A DNA stretch of 64,000 nucleotides, taken from assembly GCA_964478305.1 (NCBI GenBank), contig CAYZHJ010000003.1, positions 4,364 through 68,363 of the forward strand, written 5' to 3'. The notes beneath the pieces are model-generated. The model did not search any database, had not been told where the DNA came from, and saw nothing but the letters and a program-made list of their open reading frames with translations. Made by a program: the position numbers and the translations under genes. This document shows positions 18,928 through 28,848 of this stretch, one piece after another (the stretch's first letter is position 1; each line of letters opens with the position of its first letter). The DNA comes from an uncultured Ectothiorhodospiraceae bacterium (GTDB lineage Bacteria; Pseudomonadota; Gammaproteobacteria; XJ16; Halofilaceae).

Positions 18928-20313
18928 ATGGATTCCGATCACCTGATTGCCGAACTGCCGTATCACGCGGACAGTGCCGTGCCGTTCGAGTCCGTGGTCG
19001 ACGAGCCCTGGAGCATGCTGCTCGACAGCGGTGCCGGCGGCGTGGTGCGGGGGCGCTACGACATCATCGTTGCCGATCCCTGTGTCACGCTGTCGACCGA
19101 GGGTGGACGAACCGTGATCGACCGTCGCGGCGAGGCGGAAACCTCGGAGGCCGATCCGTTCGTCCTGCTTCGCGATGAACTGGGTCCGCACCGGCCGACG
19201 CCGGCCGGCATGCCGTTCGCCGGCGGGGCGCTCGGCTACTTCGCCTATGATCTGGCGCGGCGTCTGGAGACACTGCCGGTCCTGGCCGCCGATGCCGAGC
19301 ATCTGCCCGAGATGGCGGTCGGGATCTACGACTGGGCGCTGGTGATCGACCACGATGCCCGCCGCAGCCGGCTCGTCGGGGCGGGGCGTGACGAACGCAC
19401 GCGGGCGCGCTGGGACGAACTCCGCGAGCGTTTCTCGGACGCGGTGGAATCCCCGGAGCGCGTGCCTTTCCGGGTCACGGGCACGGCCGAGGCCAACCTC
19501 GATGCCGGCGGCTACACCGCGGCCTTCGAACGCATCCAGCAGTACCTGCACGCGGGCGACTGCTACCAGGTCAACCTGGCCCAGCGTTTCGCGGTTCCGG
19601 TCACCGGTGACTTGTGGTCGGCCTACCGGCGCCTGCGCGCGATCAACCCGGCGCCGTTCGGAGCGTATCTGCACACGCCGCGCGGGCAGGTGCTCTCGGT
19701 TTCGCCCGAGCGTTTCCTGCGGGTCGGCCCGGATGGCCGGGTCGAGACCCGGCCGATCAAGGGTACGCGCCCGCGCGCGACCGACCCCGACGCCGACCGG
19801 GCACTGGCGCAATCGCTCGCCGCCAGCGAGAAGGACCGTGCCGAGAACGTGATGATCGTCGACCTGTTGCGCAACGACCTGGGCCACGTCTGTCGGCCCG
19901 GCAGCGTGCGCGTGCCGAGCCTGTTCGAGGTCGAGAGCTTCCCCACCGTGCATCACCTGGTGAGCACCGTGACCGGACGGCTGGCACAGGGTCGCCACGC
20001 GCTGGATCTGCTGCGGGCCGCCTTCCCCGGCGGCTCGATCACGGGTGCGCCCAAGATCCGCGCCATGGAGATCATCGAGGAACTGGAACCCCATCGGCGG
20101 GGCGTCTACTGTGGCGCCATCGGCTATGTGGGGTTCGACGGCGGCATGGACACCAGCATCGCCATCCGCACACTGGTGCATTCGAACGGGGTGGCCCGTT
20201 TCTGGGCCGGCGGCGGCGTGGTGATCGATTCCGGCGCCGAATCGGAGTACCAGGAGACCTTCGACAAGGCAGCGGCCATGCTTTCCCTGCTGCGAGAGAC
20301 GGCTGCCGACTGA
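18928..20313 (+). CDS. pabB: Aminodeoxychorismate synthase component I
   Basis: 'MLLDSG', 'GDCYQVNLAQRF', 'SPERFL', 'PIKGTRPR', 'KDRAENVMIVDLLRNDLG', 'FPGGSITGAPK'. Confidence 0.95.
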   Translation: MDSDHLIAELPYHADSAVPFESVVDEPWSMLLDSGAGGVVRGRYDIIVADPCVTLSTEGGRTVIDRRGEAETSEADPFVLLRDELGPHRPTPAGMPFAGGALGYFAYDLARRLETLPVLAADAEHLPEMAVGIYDWALVIDHDARRSRLVGAGRDERTRARWDELRERFSDAVESPERVPFRVTGTAEANLDAGGYTAAFERIQQYLHAGDCYQVNLAQRFAVPVTGDLWSAYRRLRAINPAPFGAYLHTPRGQVLSVSPERFLRVGPDGRVETRPIKGTRPRATDPDADRALAQSLAASEKDRAENVMIVDLLRNDLGHVCRPGSVRVPSLFEVESFPTVHHLVSTVTGRLAQGRHALDLLRAAFPGGSITGAPKIRAMEIIEELEPHRRGVYCGAIGYVGFDGGMDTSIAIRTLVHSNGVARFWAGGGVVIDSGAESEYQETFDKAAAMLSLLRETAAD

Positions 20314-20445
20314 ACCGGAATGCAGTTGGTATACTGGTATGGACGGTAGTGCGGCTGACACCGTCCTTGCACGGATCCGGTTCACGGATACTCGTGTCCG
20401 CGATCGTTTCGTCACCGCGAGCGAACGGGATGAGGGAGGTCGGTC

Positions 20446-20799
20446 ATGCAGGAGCGACGCGACATTCATCGGCGTCATCTGATGTTTCATCTGCGAGTAT
20501 ACGATGCCGATTCGGGACGCGAGCTCGGCACTCTGACCGATGTGTCACCGGAGGGATTGCTGGTTACCGGCGATCGGCGGCTGACACTCGGCCGCCGGTT
20601 CCGCATGTTCATGCGGCTGCCACCGGCCCTGACCGCGCGCGAGCGCATCGATTTCAGCGCAACCGTTGCGTGGTCGAACAACCAGGCCAACCCGGCATTT
20701 CACGATACCGGGTTTCGTGATCTCGAGCTGGATGGCGAAGACCGCGGAATACTGGAATCCCTCATGGACGAGTTCGATCTGCGCGAGGCGGGGAACTAG
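20446..20799 (+). CDS. Stand-alone PilZ-domain protein
   Basis: RxxxR ('RRDIHR') and DxSxxG ('DVSPEG') motifs; RBS GGAGG. Confidence 0.85.
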   Translation: MQERRDIHRRHLMFHLRVYDADSGRELGTLTDVSPEGLLVTGDRRLTLGRRFRMFMRLPPALTARERIDFSATVAWSNNQANPAFHDTGFRDLELDGEDRGILESLMDEFDLREAGN

Positions 20800-20951
20800 G
20801 GAAGGTCTGAACAAGGGCCATCCCGGGCCTTGATCAGACGCGGGCCATGAAAATGCGATTTCCATGGCCCTTCATTTTCAGTGGCTTGCAGCCACTGAAA
20901 ATGGCGGCACATCCATGTACCGCAGGAACCTCTGATCAATTCAGGGGTTCC
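20800..20951. mobile_element. About 152 bp MITE with IS5-like ends and stacked internal hairpins
   Basis: Starts GGAAGGTCTGAACAAG right after CTAG and ends TTCAGGGGTTCC; includes a perfect 14-bp stem at 20873-20903. Confidence 0.65.
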
Positions 20952-20993
20952 CCGGGCGCAAGTCGCTTCCGGTTCGGTTTCCGGGGGATCACG

Positions 20994-21362
20994 ATGAACG
21001 ATGAAGATCGGCGTCTGGCGGAACGGCGTTCCAGGAATCGTTATCAACTCCAGTTCAATCTGGAACTGGTCGATGTCCGCAACGGCGAGTCGCTCGGTTA
21101 TCTCGTCGACATTTCCGGCGAGGGTCTGATGCTGGCCTCGGAACGAGCGTACAAGGTCGAGGGCCGCTACCGCATGCGGATACCCCTGCCGATCGAGTAC
21201 GACGGCTACGAGGCACTGGAGATCGAGGCCACCGCCGCATGGACCAAGCCGGCCATGAATCCCGCCTTCCACCGCACCGGCTTCCGCGAGTTGCAGCTCG
21301 TCTCCGGCCCCCACGGCGCCCTCGACCGGCTGATCGGGGACTACCATCTACAGACCGTCTGA
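20994..21362 (+). CDS. Stand-alone PilZ-domain protein (paralog of 20446-20799)
   Basis: 'ERRSRNR' and 'DISGEG' motifs; shares 'NPAFHxTGFR' with the upstream copy. Confidence 0.85.
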   Translation: MNDEDRRLAERRSRNRYQLQFNLELVDVRNGESLGYLVDISGEGLMLASERAYKVEGRYRMRIPLPIEYDGYEALEIEATAAWTKPAMNPAFHRTGFRELQLVSGPHGALDRLIGDYHLQTV

Positions 21363-21385
21363 TGGATCCTGATGGGCCGTGCGTC

Positions 21386-23398
21386 CTAGAGACCCAGCAG
21401 GGCTCGCAGGTTCTCCATCTGCTCCCGGCCGGTGGTGCGGCGGGATTCGGGGTCGGTCGGGGCCCGGGTGCCCTCCCAGACGATGTCCCCTTCGGGGAGT
21501 TCCTCAAGGAACCGGCTGGGCTCGCACTCGAGTTCCTCGCCCCAGCGGTAGCGTTTCTCGGCAAAGGTCAGGGCCAGGCTGCGCCGGGCACGGGTGATGC
21601 CGACATAGGCCAGCCGCCGCTCTTCCTCCAGCCGATCCTCGGCCAGACTCGCCCGGTGGGGCAGGATTTCCTCTTCCATGCCGGCCATGAACACGTGCGG
21701 GAACTCCAGGCCCTTGGCCGCGTGCAGGGTCATCAGCGCCACGCAGTCGCCGGCCTCGTCATCGTCGTTGCGGTCGAGCATGTCCACCAGCGCGAGCCGG
21801 GCGACGATCGCCGGCAGGTCGCGCTCCTCGCCGTCGCTGTCGGTGGCCATGCGCCCGATCCAGTCGAGCAGTTCCTCGACGTTGTTCCAGCGCTTGTCGG
21901 CACTGCGCGGATCGGCCGAGATGTCGTCGAGCCAATTGCGGTAGCCGATGTCGTCGATCAGCTCGCGGCAGACCGCGACCGGATCGCCGCGGCGGGCGTT
22001 GTCGCCCATGCCCGTGATCCACTCGCCGAACCGGCGCAGCCGGGTCAGGGGCGTGCCCTCGATGTGGCTCGCCAGTCCCACCTCGAAGCTCGCGGTCAGC
22101 ATCGATATGCCGCGGTTGCGCGCGTAGTGGCCGAGTTTCTCCAGCGTGGCCGCGCCGATCTGCCGTCGCGGCGTGTTGATTACGCGCAGGAAGGCGGTGT
22201 CGTCGTCCGGATTGCACAGCAGTCGGCAGTAGGCCAGCACGTCCTTGATCTCGGCGCGGTCGAAGAACGAGGCCGAGCCGCTGACGCGATAGGGCACGTT
22301 GCGTTCGCGCAGCGCGCGCTCGAACGGCTTCGCCTGGAAATTTCCGCGATAGAGGATGGCGAAATCGCTCCAGCGCAGGCCGTGGCGCAGGCGTTTCGAC
22401 AGGATCTCGGAGGCGATGCGGTCGGCCTCGTCGTCGGCGCTCGGGCAGGCGATCAGGCGCACCGGATCACCCGTGCCCAGCTCGCTCCAGAGGCGTTTCT
22501 CGAACAAGTGCGGGTTGTGCGCGATCAGGTGATTGGCGACACGCAGGATGCGCGCGCTGGAGCGGTAGTTCTGTTCCAGCTTGATCACGCGCAGGTCGGG
22601 ATAATCCTGCTCGAGTCGTGCCAGGTTCTCCGGCCGCGCGCCGCGCCAGGCATAGACCGACTGGTCGTCATCGCCGACCGCCGTCAGTCCGCCGGATACG
22701 CCCACGAGCTGCCGCACCAGCTCGTACTGGGCGTTGTTGGTATCCTGGTATTCGTCGACCAGCAGGTGCCGCACCCGGTTGTCCCACTTCTCCCGGACGT
22801 CGGGATGTTCCGCCAGCAGCCGCAGCGGGGCGATGATGAGGTCGTCGAAATCGACCGCGTTGTAGGCGTGCAGGAGCTGCTCGTAACGGGCATAGACCGC
22901 GGCCGCGCGCGCCTCGTTCTCGTCCGCGGCGACCGTTGCTGCATGCGCGGGGGTGACGAAGTCGTTCTTCCAGCGGCTGATGACCGCGCGCAATGCCTCC
23001 TCTTCGCCGAGATTGCTTCCGGATTCGCCCCGCACCAGCTCCTTGATCGCCGTCAGACTGTCGGTCGCGTCCATGATGGTGAAGCCGCGCCGGTATCCCA
23101 GCGCGTGGCCGTCGCTGCGCAGGATCTGCAGGCCCAGCGTGTGAAAGGTCGATACGGTCAGGCCCCGCGACTCGTCGGCGGCCAGCGTGGCGGCGGCCCG
23201 CTGCTTCATCTCGCGCGCCGCCTTGTTGGTAAAGGTCACCGCGAATACGCCGCGCGCCGGGATGCCTGCCTCGCGCACCAGCCAGGCGATCTTGCGCGTG
23301 ATCACGCGCGTCTTGCCGCTGCCGGCACCGGCCAGCACCAGCAGGGGCGAGCCGAGGTGACGCACGGCGGCGCGCTGTTCCGGGTTGAGATCGGCCAT
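21386..23398 (-). CDS. rep: ATP-dependent DNA helicase Rep (UvrD/Rep family)
   Basis: 'LAGAGSGKTRVITRKIAWL', 'VDEYQDTN', 'LEQNYRSS', 'EERRLAYVGITRA'; Rep-type C-terminus 'EPSRFLEELP'. Confidence 0.9.
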   Translation of the reverse strand: MADLNPEQRAAVRHLGSPLLVLAGAGSGKTRVITRKIAWLVREAGIPARGVFAVTFTNKAAREMKQRAAATLAADESRGLTVSTFHTLGLQILRSDGHALGYRRGFTIMDATDSLTAIKELVRGESGSNLGEEEALRAVISRWKNDFVTPAHAATVAADENEARAAAVYARYEQLLHAYNAVDFDDLIIAPLRLLAEHPDVREKWDNRVRHLLVDEYQDTNNAQYELVRQLVGVSGGLTAVGDDDQSVYAWRGARPENLARLEQDYPDLRVIKLEQNYRSSARILRVANHLIAHNPHLFEKRLWSELGTGDPVRLIACPSADDEADRIASEILSKRLRHGLRWSDFAILYRGNFQAKPFERALRERNVPYRVSGSASFFDRAEIKDVLAYCRLLCNPDDDTAFLRVINTPRRQIGAATLEKLGHYARNRGISMLTASFEVGLASHIEGTPLTRLRRFGEWITGMGDNARRGDPVAVCRELIDDIGYRNWLDDISADPRSADKRWNNVEELLDWIGRMATDSDGEERDLPAIVARLALVDMLDRNDDDEAGDCVALMTLHAAKGLEFPHVFMAGMEEEILPHRASLAEDRLEEERRLAYVGITRARRSLALTFAEKRYRWGEELECEPSRFLEELPEGDIVWEGTRAPTDPESRRTTGREQMENLRALLGL

Positions 23399-23518
23399 TC
23401 GGTCCCTGAAGGAGGAGGGCGGAAGCGGCGTATTCTACAGGCGAGGAGCGTGGGTGGTCAGGGTGATTGTGTGGTTCTTCGTTCTTCCGGCCGGCGATTC
23501 GATGGCCGGAAGAACGAT

Positions 23519-23884
23519 TCACTCGGGCAACCCCATCAACGCCTCGAGTATCGCCCGCCGCAGATGCGCCTCGAGTTCGACGCTGCGCCGGCCGAATTCG
23601 GCCAGCAGGCGATCGCGCGGGACGACGCCGTCGGGCAGCAGCATGGGGGTCTGCTTGTAACGGCCGGTTTCCGCCTCGCCGTCGTCCACGCGGTGATGGC
23701 GGAAGCCGCTGTCGTGGTGCCACTCGATTACCCGCTCGCCGTCACCCTTGTCATAGGCGAGCTGGAAAATGAGCAGGACACCCCCGGTGTCCTGCCACAC
23801 GGTCAGATCCATTCGCTCGTCCGTGAACCAGCGCCGGGGTGGCTCATCCTCGCGCTGGCGGGTGGCCGGGATCTCGCGCAGCAT
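23519..23884 (-). CDS. Hypothetical protein
   Basis: Compact 121-aa ORF co-oriented between ppc and rep, with protein-like composition. Confidence 0.7.
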   Translation of the reverse strand: MLREIPATRQREDEPPRRWFTDERMDLTVWQDTGGVLLIFQLAYDKGDGERVIEWHHDSGFRHHRVDDGEAETGRYKQTPMLLPDGVVPRDRLLAEFGRRSVELEAHLRRAILEALMGLPE

Positions 23885-23902
23885 CGTGATCGGCGAGGCC
23901 GC

Positions 23903-26635
23903 TCAGCCCGACTGCTGCAGGCCGTGGGCGAGGCCGTTGACGGTCGCGAGCAGGGCATTGAACAGGCCCTCGTCCTCGCGGCCGGCGGCGCGCCAGCGGG
24001 CGAGCAGGTCGACCTGCAGCAGGCTCATCGGATCCATGTAGGGATTGCGCAGGCCGATGGAACGCTTCAGTGCGCGTTCGTCATCGAGCAACTGCGTGTT
24101 GCCCTTGAGTTGCAGTACCCAGTGAACCGCACACTCGTATTCCGCGCGAATGACATCGTAGATCGGCCGGCAATCGTCGTCGGCAAGCCGGGCGTAGTGC
24201 GCGCCGATACCGAGATCGACCTTGGCCAGCACCATTTCCGTGTCGTTGACGACATTGGCCAGGAACGGCCAGTCGCGCAACATCTCGGCGACCCTTTCCT
24301 CGCCCCACTCGTCCACGGCCGCCTGCAGGCCGGACCCGAGGCCGTACCAGCCCGGGAGTATCTGCCGGCTCTGGGTCCAGGCGAATACCCAGGGGATCGC
24401 GCGCAGGTTCTCGATGCCCTGGCCGGAGCGGCGCGACGGCGGCCGCGAGCCGATCGCCATGCGCTCGATGACGTCGATCGGAGTGGCGCTGCGGAAATAG
24501 TCGACGAAGCGCGGATCCTCGTAGACCAGTCCTCGATAGGCGGAACGACTGGCCGCCGCGATGCGCGCCATCATGTGTTCCCATTCCGCCTCGCGCGGAT
24601 CCACCGGCCGCGGCACGCCGGTGGCATGCAGGACCGGCGACAGCGAGGTCTCCAGCGTGCGCATGGCGCTGGAGCGGACGCCGTACTTGGTGTGGATGAC
24701 CTCGCCCTGCTCGGTCACGCGCAGGCGGCCGCGCACCGACCCGCGCGGTGCGGCCAGGATGGCGCGGTGGATGCGTCCGCCACCGCGGCTGGTCGTGCCG
24801 CCGCGACCGTGGAAGAAGGTCAGGTCGACGGCGTATCGGTCGGCGACTTCCACCAGTTCGGTCTGCGCCACCTGCAGTGCCCAGCGCGAAGCGACCAGGC
24901 TGCCGTCCTTGCTGGAATCGGAATAGCCCACCATCACGACCTGGCGGTCGCCGCGGGCGGCGAGATGGGCGCGATAGCCGGGATCACCCAGCATCTGTTC
25001 CATGACTGCCGGGCCCGACTCGAGGTCGCCGATGGTCTCGAACAGGGGGGCGATGTCGAGGTCGACCCGGCCGTCATCGTCGACCAGTCCCGCCCAGCGG
25101 GCCAGCAGAAGCACCGTGAGCAGGTCATCGCGATCACGGGCCATGCTGATGATGTAGCAGCCGATGGCACGGGGGCCGTAGCGACGCCGCGACTCGCCGA
25201 TTGCATGCAGCATGTCGAACAGTTCCGCGTCCCGCTCCTCGACAATCGGTTCGGGCCGGCGTCCGTCGGCGATTGCCTGTTCGAGGATGCGTGCACGCTC
25301 GGCCGGTTCACGATTGTCCCATTCGCTGTCGCCCAGGCAGCGGGCCATGACCTCCCGGTGAAAACGGGCGTCCTGGCGCACATCGACGGTGGCCAGGTGA
25401 AAGCCGAAGGTCTGGGCCCGCCTCAGCAGGCGCCGCACCAGGAACAGGCCCGCGTTGTCGCCCTTGTTGTGCACCAGGCTGGCGGCCATGGCCTCGATGT
25501 CGTCGACGAACGCGTCCGGTGATCCGTAGCCACTGGCCTCGTCTCGCGAGGTCGCCTCCAGGCGCGCGCTCATCAGGTGCACGAGCTCGCGGTAGGGCAT
25601 GTTCTGGTGTCGCGGCGGGATCCTTTTTGCCGCTTCGGGAAACATGTCCTTGTAGCGTTGCACCTGGTCCGTCACCCGGTTGTCGACCGGGATGCGGGAG
25701 ATCGATTGCGACAGGCGCCGGGCGAGGGCGGCGCATTCGCTGCGATAGCGCGCGAGAATGCTGTGGCGCTGTTCCAGCAGTGCGTTGCGCAGGGTGTCGC
25801 CATTGACGTTCGGATTGCCGTCCATGTCGCCGCCGACCCAGGAGGCGAAGCGCAATACCGGCGGCAGGTCGATATCGTCGACCGATGCGTCGAAGACCTT
25901 TGCGATCGTCCGCTCCACTTCCTCGTAGAACGGCGGCACGATCCGGTAGATGATGTCGGTGAGATAGAACAGCACGTGTTCCAGTTCGTCGCGCACGCTC
26001 GGCCGCAGGCTCGGGTGTTCCTCGGTCTGCCAGGCGGAGGTCATCTCCAGGCGTATGATCTCCATGCGGGCGCGTTCCTCGTCCGGCGTGAGCGACGGGT
26101 CCAGCCGGTCGGTCAGGGCGCGGATGATGCGTTGCTGCTTCTCCAGGATGGTGCGCCGGGTCGCCTCGGTCGGGTGGGCGGTGAATACCGGCTCGATGCG
26201 GGTGTCGTCGAGCAGGTGCTGGACGTCGGCGGGCCGGAAACCCGCCTCGTGCAGGGCCGTGAAGGTGGCCTCCAGTCCTTCCGTCTCCGGGTGCTCGCCG
26301 GTCCGCTGGCGCTCGCGCAGGCACCGGATGCGATGCACTTCCTCGGCGAGATTGACCATCTGGAACAGGGTGGCGAAGGCACGGACCAGCTCGCCGGCCT
26401 CCTCCGCATGGAGGTCGTTCAGCAGCCCGTCGAGCTCCTCGGCGGCGCCCTCGTCAGCGCGCCGGCGCGCGATGGCGGCGCGGCGCACGGCCTCCACCCT
26501 TTCATAGAAGGCCTCGCCGCGCTGCTCGCTGATCATCGCGCCGACGAGCCGGCCGAGGGTGCGCACGTCCGCCCGCAGGGCCGCATCCTCGGGTGCGCTC
26601 GCATGATGTTCACGCGTTTCGGTCACGCTGGTCAC
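23903..26635 (-). CDS. ppc: Phosphoenolpyruvate carboxylase
   Basis: 'VFTAHPTE', 'SWVGGDMDGNPNV', 'VMVGYSDSSKDG', 'FHGRGGTTSRGG', 'LRAIPWVFAWTQSR'. GTG start after GAGGAG chosen. Confidence 0.97.
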   Translation of the reverse strand: MTSVTETREHHASAPEDAALRADVRTLGRLVGAMISEQRGEAFYERVEAVRRAAIARRRADEGAAEELDGLLNDLHAEEAGELVRAFATLFQMVNLAEEVHRIRCLRERQRTGEHPETEGLEATFTALHEAGFRPADVQHLLDDTRIEPVFTAHPTEATRRTILEKQQRIIRALTDRLDPSLTPDEERARMEIIRLEMTSAWQTEEHPSLRPSVRDELEHVLFYLTDIIYRIVPPFYEEVERTIAKVFDASVDDIDLPPVLRFASWVGGDMDGNPNVNGDTLRNALLEQRHSILARYRSECAALARRLSQSISRIPVDNRVTDQVQRYKDMFPEAAKRIPPRHQNMPYRELVHLMSARLEATSRDEASGYGSPDAFVDDIEAMAASLVHNKGDNAGLFLVRRLLRRAQTFGFHLATVDVRQDARFHREVMARCLGDSEWDNREPAERARILEQAIADGRRPEPIVEERDAELFDMLHAIGESRRRYGPRAIGCYIISMARDRDDLLTVLLLARWAGLVDDDGRVDLDIAPLFETIGDLESGPAVMEQMLGDPGYRAHLAARGDRQVVMVGYSDSSKDGSLVASRWALQVAQTELVEVADRYAVDLTFFHGRGGTTSRGGGRIHRAILAAPRGSVRGRLRVTEQGEVIHTKYGVRSSAMRTLETSLSPVLHATGVPRPVDPREAEWEHMMARIAAASRSAYRGLVYEDPRFVDYFRSATPIDVIERMAIGSRPPSRRSGQGIENLRAIPWVFAWTQSRQILPGWYGLGSGLQAAVDEWGEERVAEMLRDWPFLANVVNDTEMVLAKVDLGIGAHYARLADDDCRPIYDVIRAEYECAVHWVLQLKGNTQLLDDERALKRSIGLRNPYMDPMSLLQVDLLARWRAAGREDEGLFNALLATVNGLAHGLQQSG

Positions 26636-26808
26636 GGGAGTCTCCTCGCATGCGGGCACCCGGCCCCGGGCACCGGATTCCGCCGGCCTTGTACTGTACC
26701 GTCACGATGCAGTCAATGCGTAAAAGTCTGGACTTCGCGTCCGGACAAGGGGTTTGTCATAATGAACCATTCTCGCCCCCCAGGCCCGCCCGCCGGGACG
26801 GAGGTTCC

Positions 26809-27126
26809 ATGAAAACCGCAACCAGGCTGCTGCTGTCGGCACTGTTGCTGATGCCCGTGACCGCTGCCGCCGCCGACCAGGCCACGGGCAGCTATCCGGC
26901 CTGCGCGCGCACCCACTGGCTGGAGGCCATGGTGGAATTCGATGCCACCGGCAATGACAAGGCGTACAACGCCTGGATCGATCGCGGCAAATGCATCGAA
27001 CTGCGCAAGGGGCTGGAGGTCGAGATCCTGGGCTACTACGGTGATGCCGCCCATCCGCGCGTGGAGTTCACCCTCAACGGCTACCGCTTCTTCACGGTGC
27101 GCAAGGCCATCGCCACCGAGATGTAG
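26809..27126 (+). CDS. Small exported hypothetical protein
   Basis: RBS GGAGG; signal peptide 'MKTATRLLLSALLLMPVTAAA'; two Cys. Confidence 0.7.
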   Translation: MKTATRLLLSALLLMPVTAAAADQATGSYPACARTHWLEAMVEFDATGNDKAYNAWIDRGKCIELRKGLEVEILGYYGDAAHPRVEFTLNGYRFFTVRKAIATEM

Positions 27127-27213
27127 CGTATTGCCGATCCCCGACCGGATCGATCCCGGATCCGGGCCGGGATTCGCGGCCCGCGATCAGGCAGACCGGG
27201 GAAACGGCAGGAG

Positions 27214-28119
27214 TCAGCCGAACCAGCCCGCCAGGGTGAACAGGGCCAGTACAGCCAGCCAGAAGACCGCCGTGCGCACGGCCAGCGCCCGTGCCTGCTC
27301 CACTGCCGGACCGGGTTCGCTGCTGCGTCGTTCCCCGTCGGCTCCGGCTTCCATCAGGGCGTCCTCCTCGTCGCGCCGCAGTGCGGCCGTGCCGGTGCGG
27401 CGCAGCAGGTTGCGGTTGGTCGCGAGCAGGTCCTCGGCGGGGGGTGCGCCCTCCCGCAGGCGATGCAGGGCTTCCTCGAAGCTCCCCGTCATGGCGTAGC
27501 CGAACGCGATCAGCCGCGCCGGGATCCACCCCAGCAACCCCAGCAGATGACGGAAGGTGCGCTGAAGGGCGGGGCGCGCCACCAGGGTGGGCGAGGGCCG
27601 CAGGGCGCCCTCGGCGATCATGCGGTAGAGCACGGCACCCGCCGGACCCAGCACGCAGAACCAGAAGACGGTGGCAAAAAGGTTGTCATGTCCCTGGTAG
27701 AGGACCGACTCGACCATGTGGCGGCCCTCGTCGCGAGAGTCCTCCGGCGGCTGCTCGCCGGTCAAGCGCTCGTAGTACCAGAATGCCCGCTCGCGGTCAC
27801 TGCTTGCACAGGCGTCGATGTAGTCATCGACTAGGCCGGCGATGTCGAGCGGGCCCAGGGCGAACAGCAGCACAAGGATGCCGAAGGCGAGCCCGGCGAG
27901 CCCGTAGAGCCAGCCCCAAAGCAGCCACTGGATCACGGCGATCGCGATCACGGGCGGTGCGACGATCAGCAGGGCGCTGCCGCTGCCCTGCCACTGCGAC
28001 GGCAGGCGCGCCGCGACGGTATCGATGATGCGGCCGTACCAGCCCGACACCGGGCTGTCGCGATGCGCGAGCAGCATGCGATCCAGTCCCAGTGCCACGA
28101 GCACACTGATCAGCGTCAT
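27214..28119 (-). CDS. ampE: AmpE family inner-membrane protein (CobD/CbiB-like)
   Basis: 'LFATVFWFCVLGPAGAVLYR', 'WIPARL...GSFE'; ATGA-coupled to ampD. Confidence 0.8.
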   Translation of the reverse strand: MTLISVLVALGLDRMLLAHRDSPVSGWYGRIIDTVAARLPSQWQGSGSALLIVAPPVIAIAVIQWLLWGWLYGLAGLAFGILVLLFALGPLDIAGLVDDYIDACASSDRERAFWYYERLTGEQPPEDSRDEGRHMVESVLYQGHDNLFATVFWFCVLGPAGAVLYRMIAEGALRPSPTLVARPALQRTFRHLLGLLGWIPARLIAFGYAMTGSFEEALHRLREGAPPAEDLLATNRNLLRRTGTAALRRDEEDALMEAGADGERRSSEPGPAVEQARALAVRTAVFWLAVLALFTLAGWFG

Positions 28120-28760
28120 CGGCCTGTCTCCCTCGGAAAGTCATCGGGTTCGAGCCCGAGCCCGGCGCCCAGCCGCGACCAGTCGAATGCGGGACCCGGA
28201 TCGGTCTTGCGCCCCGCTGCCACATCGCAGTGGCCGGCGATACTGGCGGGTGTGAGCCGAGGATAAGCACTCGCGAGCGCCTCGACAATCTCGATCAGGC
28301 ATTCGTACTGGATATCCTCGTAGGAAATGTCGTCCGCGCCCTCCAGCTCGATGCCGATGGTGAAGTCGTTGCAGTCCTCGCGTTCGCCCCAGCAGGATCT
28401 GCCCGCGTGCCAGGCACGTTCGTGAAAGGGCACGTACTGGACGATTTCGCCGTCGCGGCGCAACAGCAGGTGAGCGGAAACCCGCAAGCCGGCGATTCCG
28501 GCAAAGTACGGGTGCAATGCGGGATCGAGACTGTTGGTGAACAGCCGGTCGATGAAGTCGCCGCCGAACTCGCCCGGCGGCAGGCTGATGCCGTGGATCA
28601 GGATGCCCGTGATGTCGTCCGGATCGGGCCGCGCGTCCCGGTTCGGCGACAGGCACGGGCGGGCGGCATCCAGCAGGCCGGTGGCGGGATCTACCTTCAA
28701 CGGCGGTGGCTTCGAGGTCGCATGGTGAGGGAGTTTGGCGGGGTGCAGAGGTGTTGGCAA
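28116..28760 (-). CDS. ampD: 1,6-anhydro-N-acetylmuramyl-L-alanine amidase
   Basis: 'SPNRDARP', 'HGISLPPGEFGG', 'VSAHLL', 'RAWHAG', 'GHCDVAAGRKTDPGPAFDW'. True start may be TTG at 28700. Confidence 0.95.
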   Translation of the reverse strand: MPTPLHPAKLPHHATSKPPPLKVDPATGLLDAARPCLSPNRDARPDPDDITGILIHGISLPPGEFGGDFIDRLFTNSLDPALHPYFAGIAGLRVSAHLLLRRDGEIVQYVPFHERAWHAGRSCWGEREDCNDFTIGIELEGADDISYEDIQYECLIEIVEALASAYPRLTPASIAGHCDVAAGRKTDPGPAFDWSRLGAGLGLEPDDFPRETGR

Positions 28761-28770
28761 TCAAGAGTCC

Positions 28771-28844
28771 GCAGGTTGGGCCGACGCAGGAGGCTCAACT
28801 GTTCCGAACGCTGGGGTTGGGCCTCCTGCGTCGGCCCAACCTAC
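28771..28844. repeat. GTAG-family REP doublet (REPIN)
   Basis: GCAGGTTGGGCCGACGCAGGAGGCTCAAC...GTTGGGCCTCCTGCGTCGGCCCAACCTAC; near-identical copy at 37366-37446. Confidence 0.85.
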
Positions 28845-28848
28845 GCGT

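Noticed and set aside
21239..25522. 1427-aa plus-strand ORF
   Set aside because: Antisense shadow of rep, the hypothetical gene and ppc; no recognisable domain; typical of high-GC codon bias.
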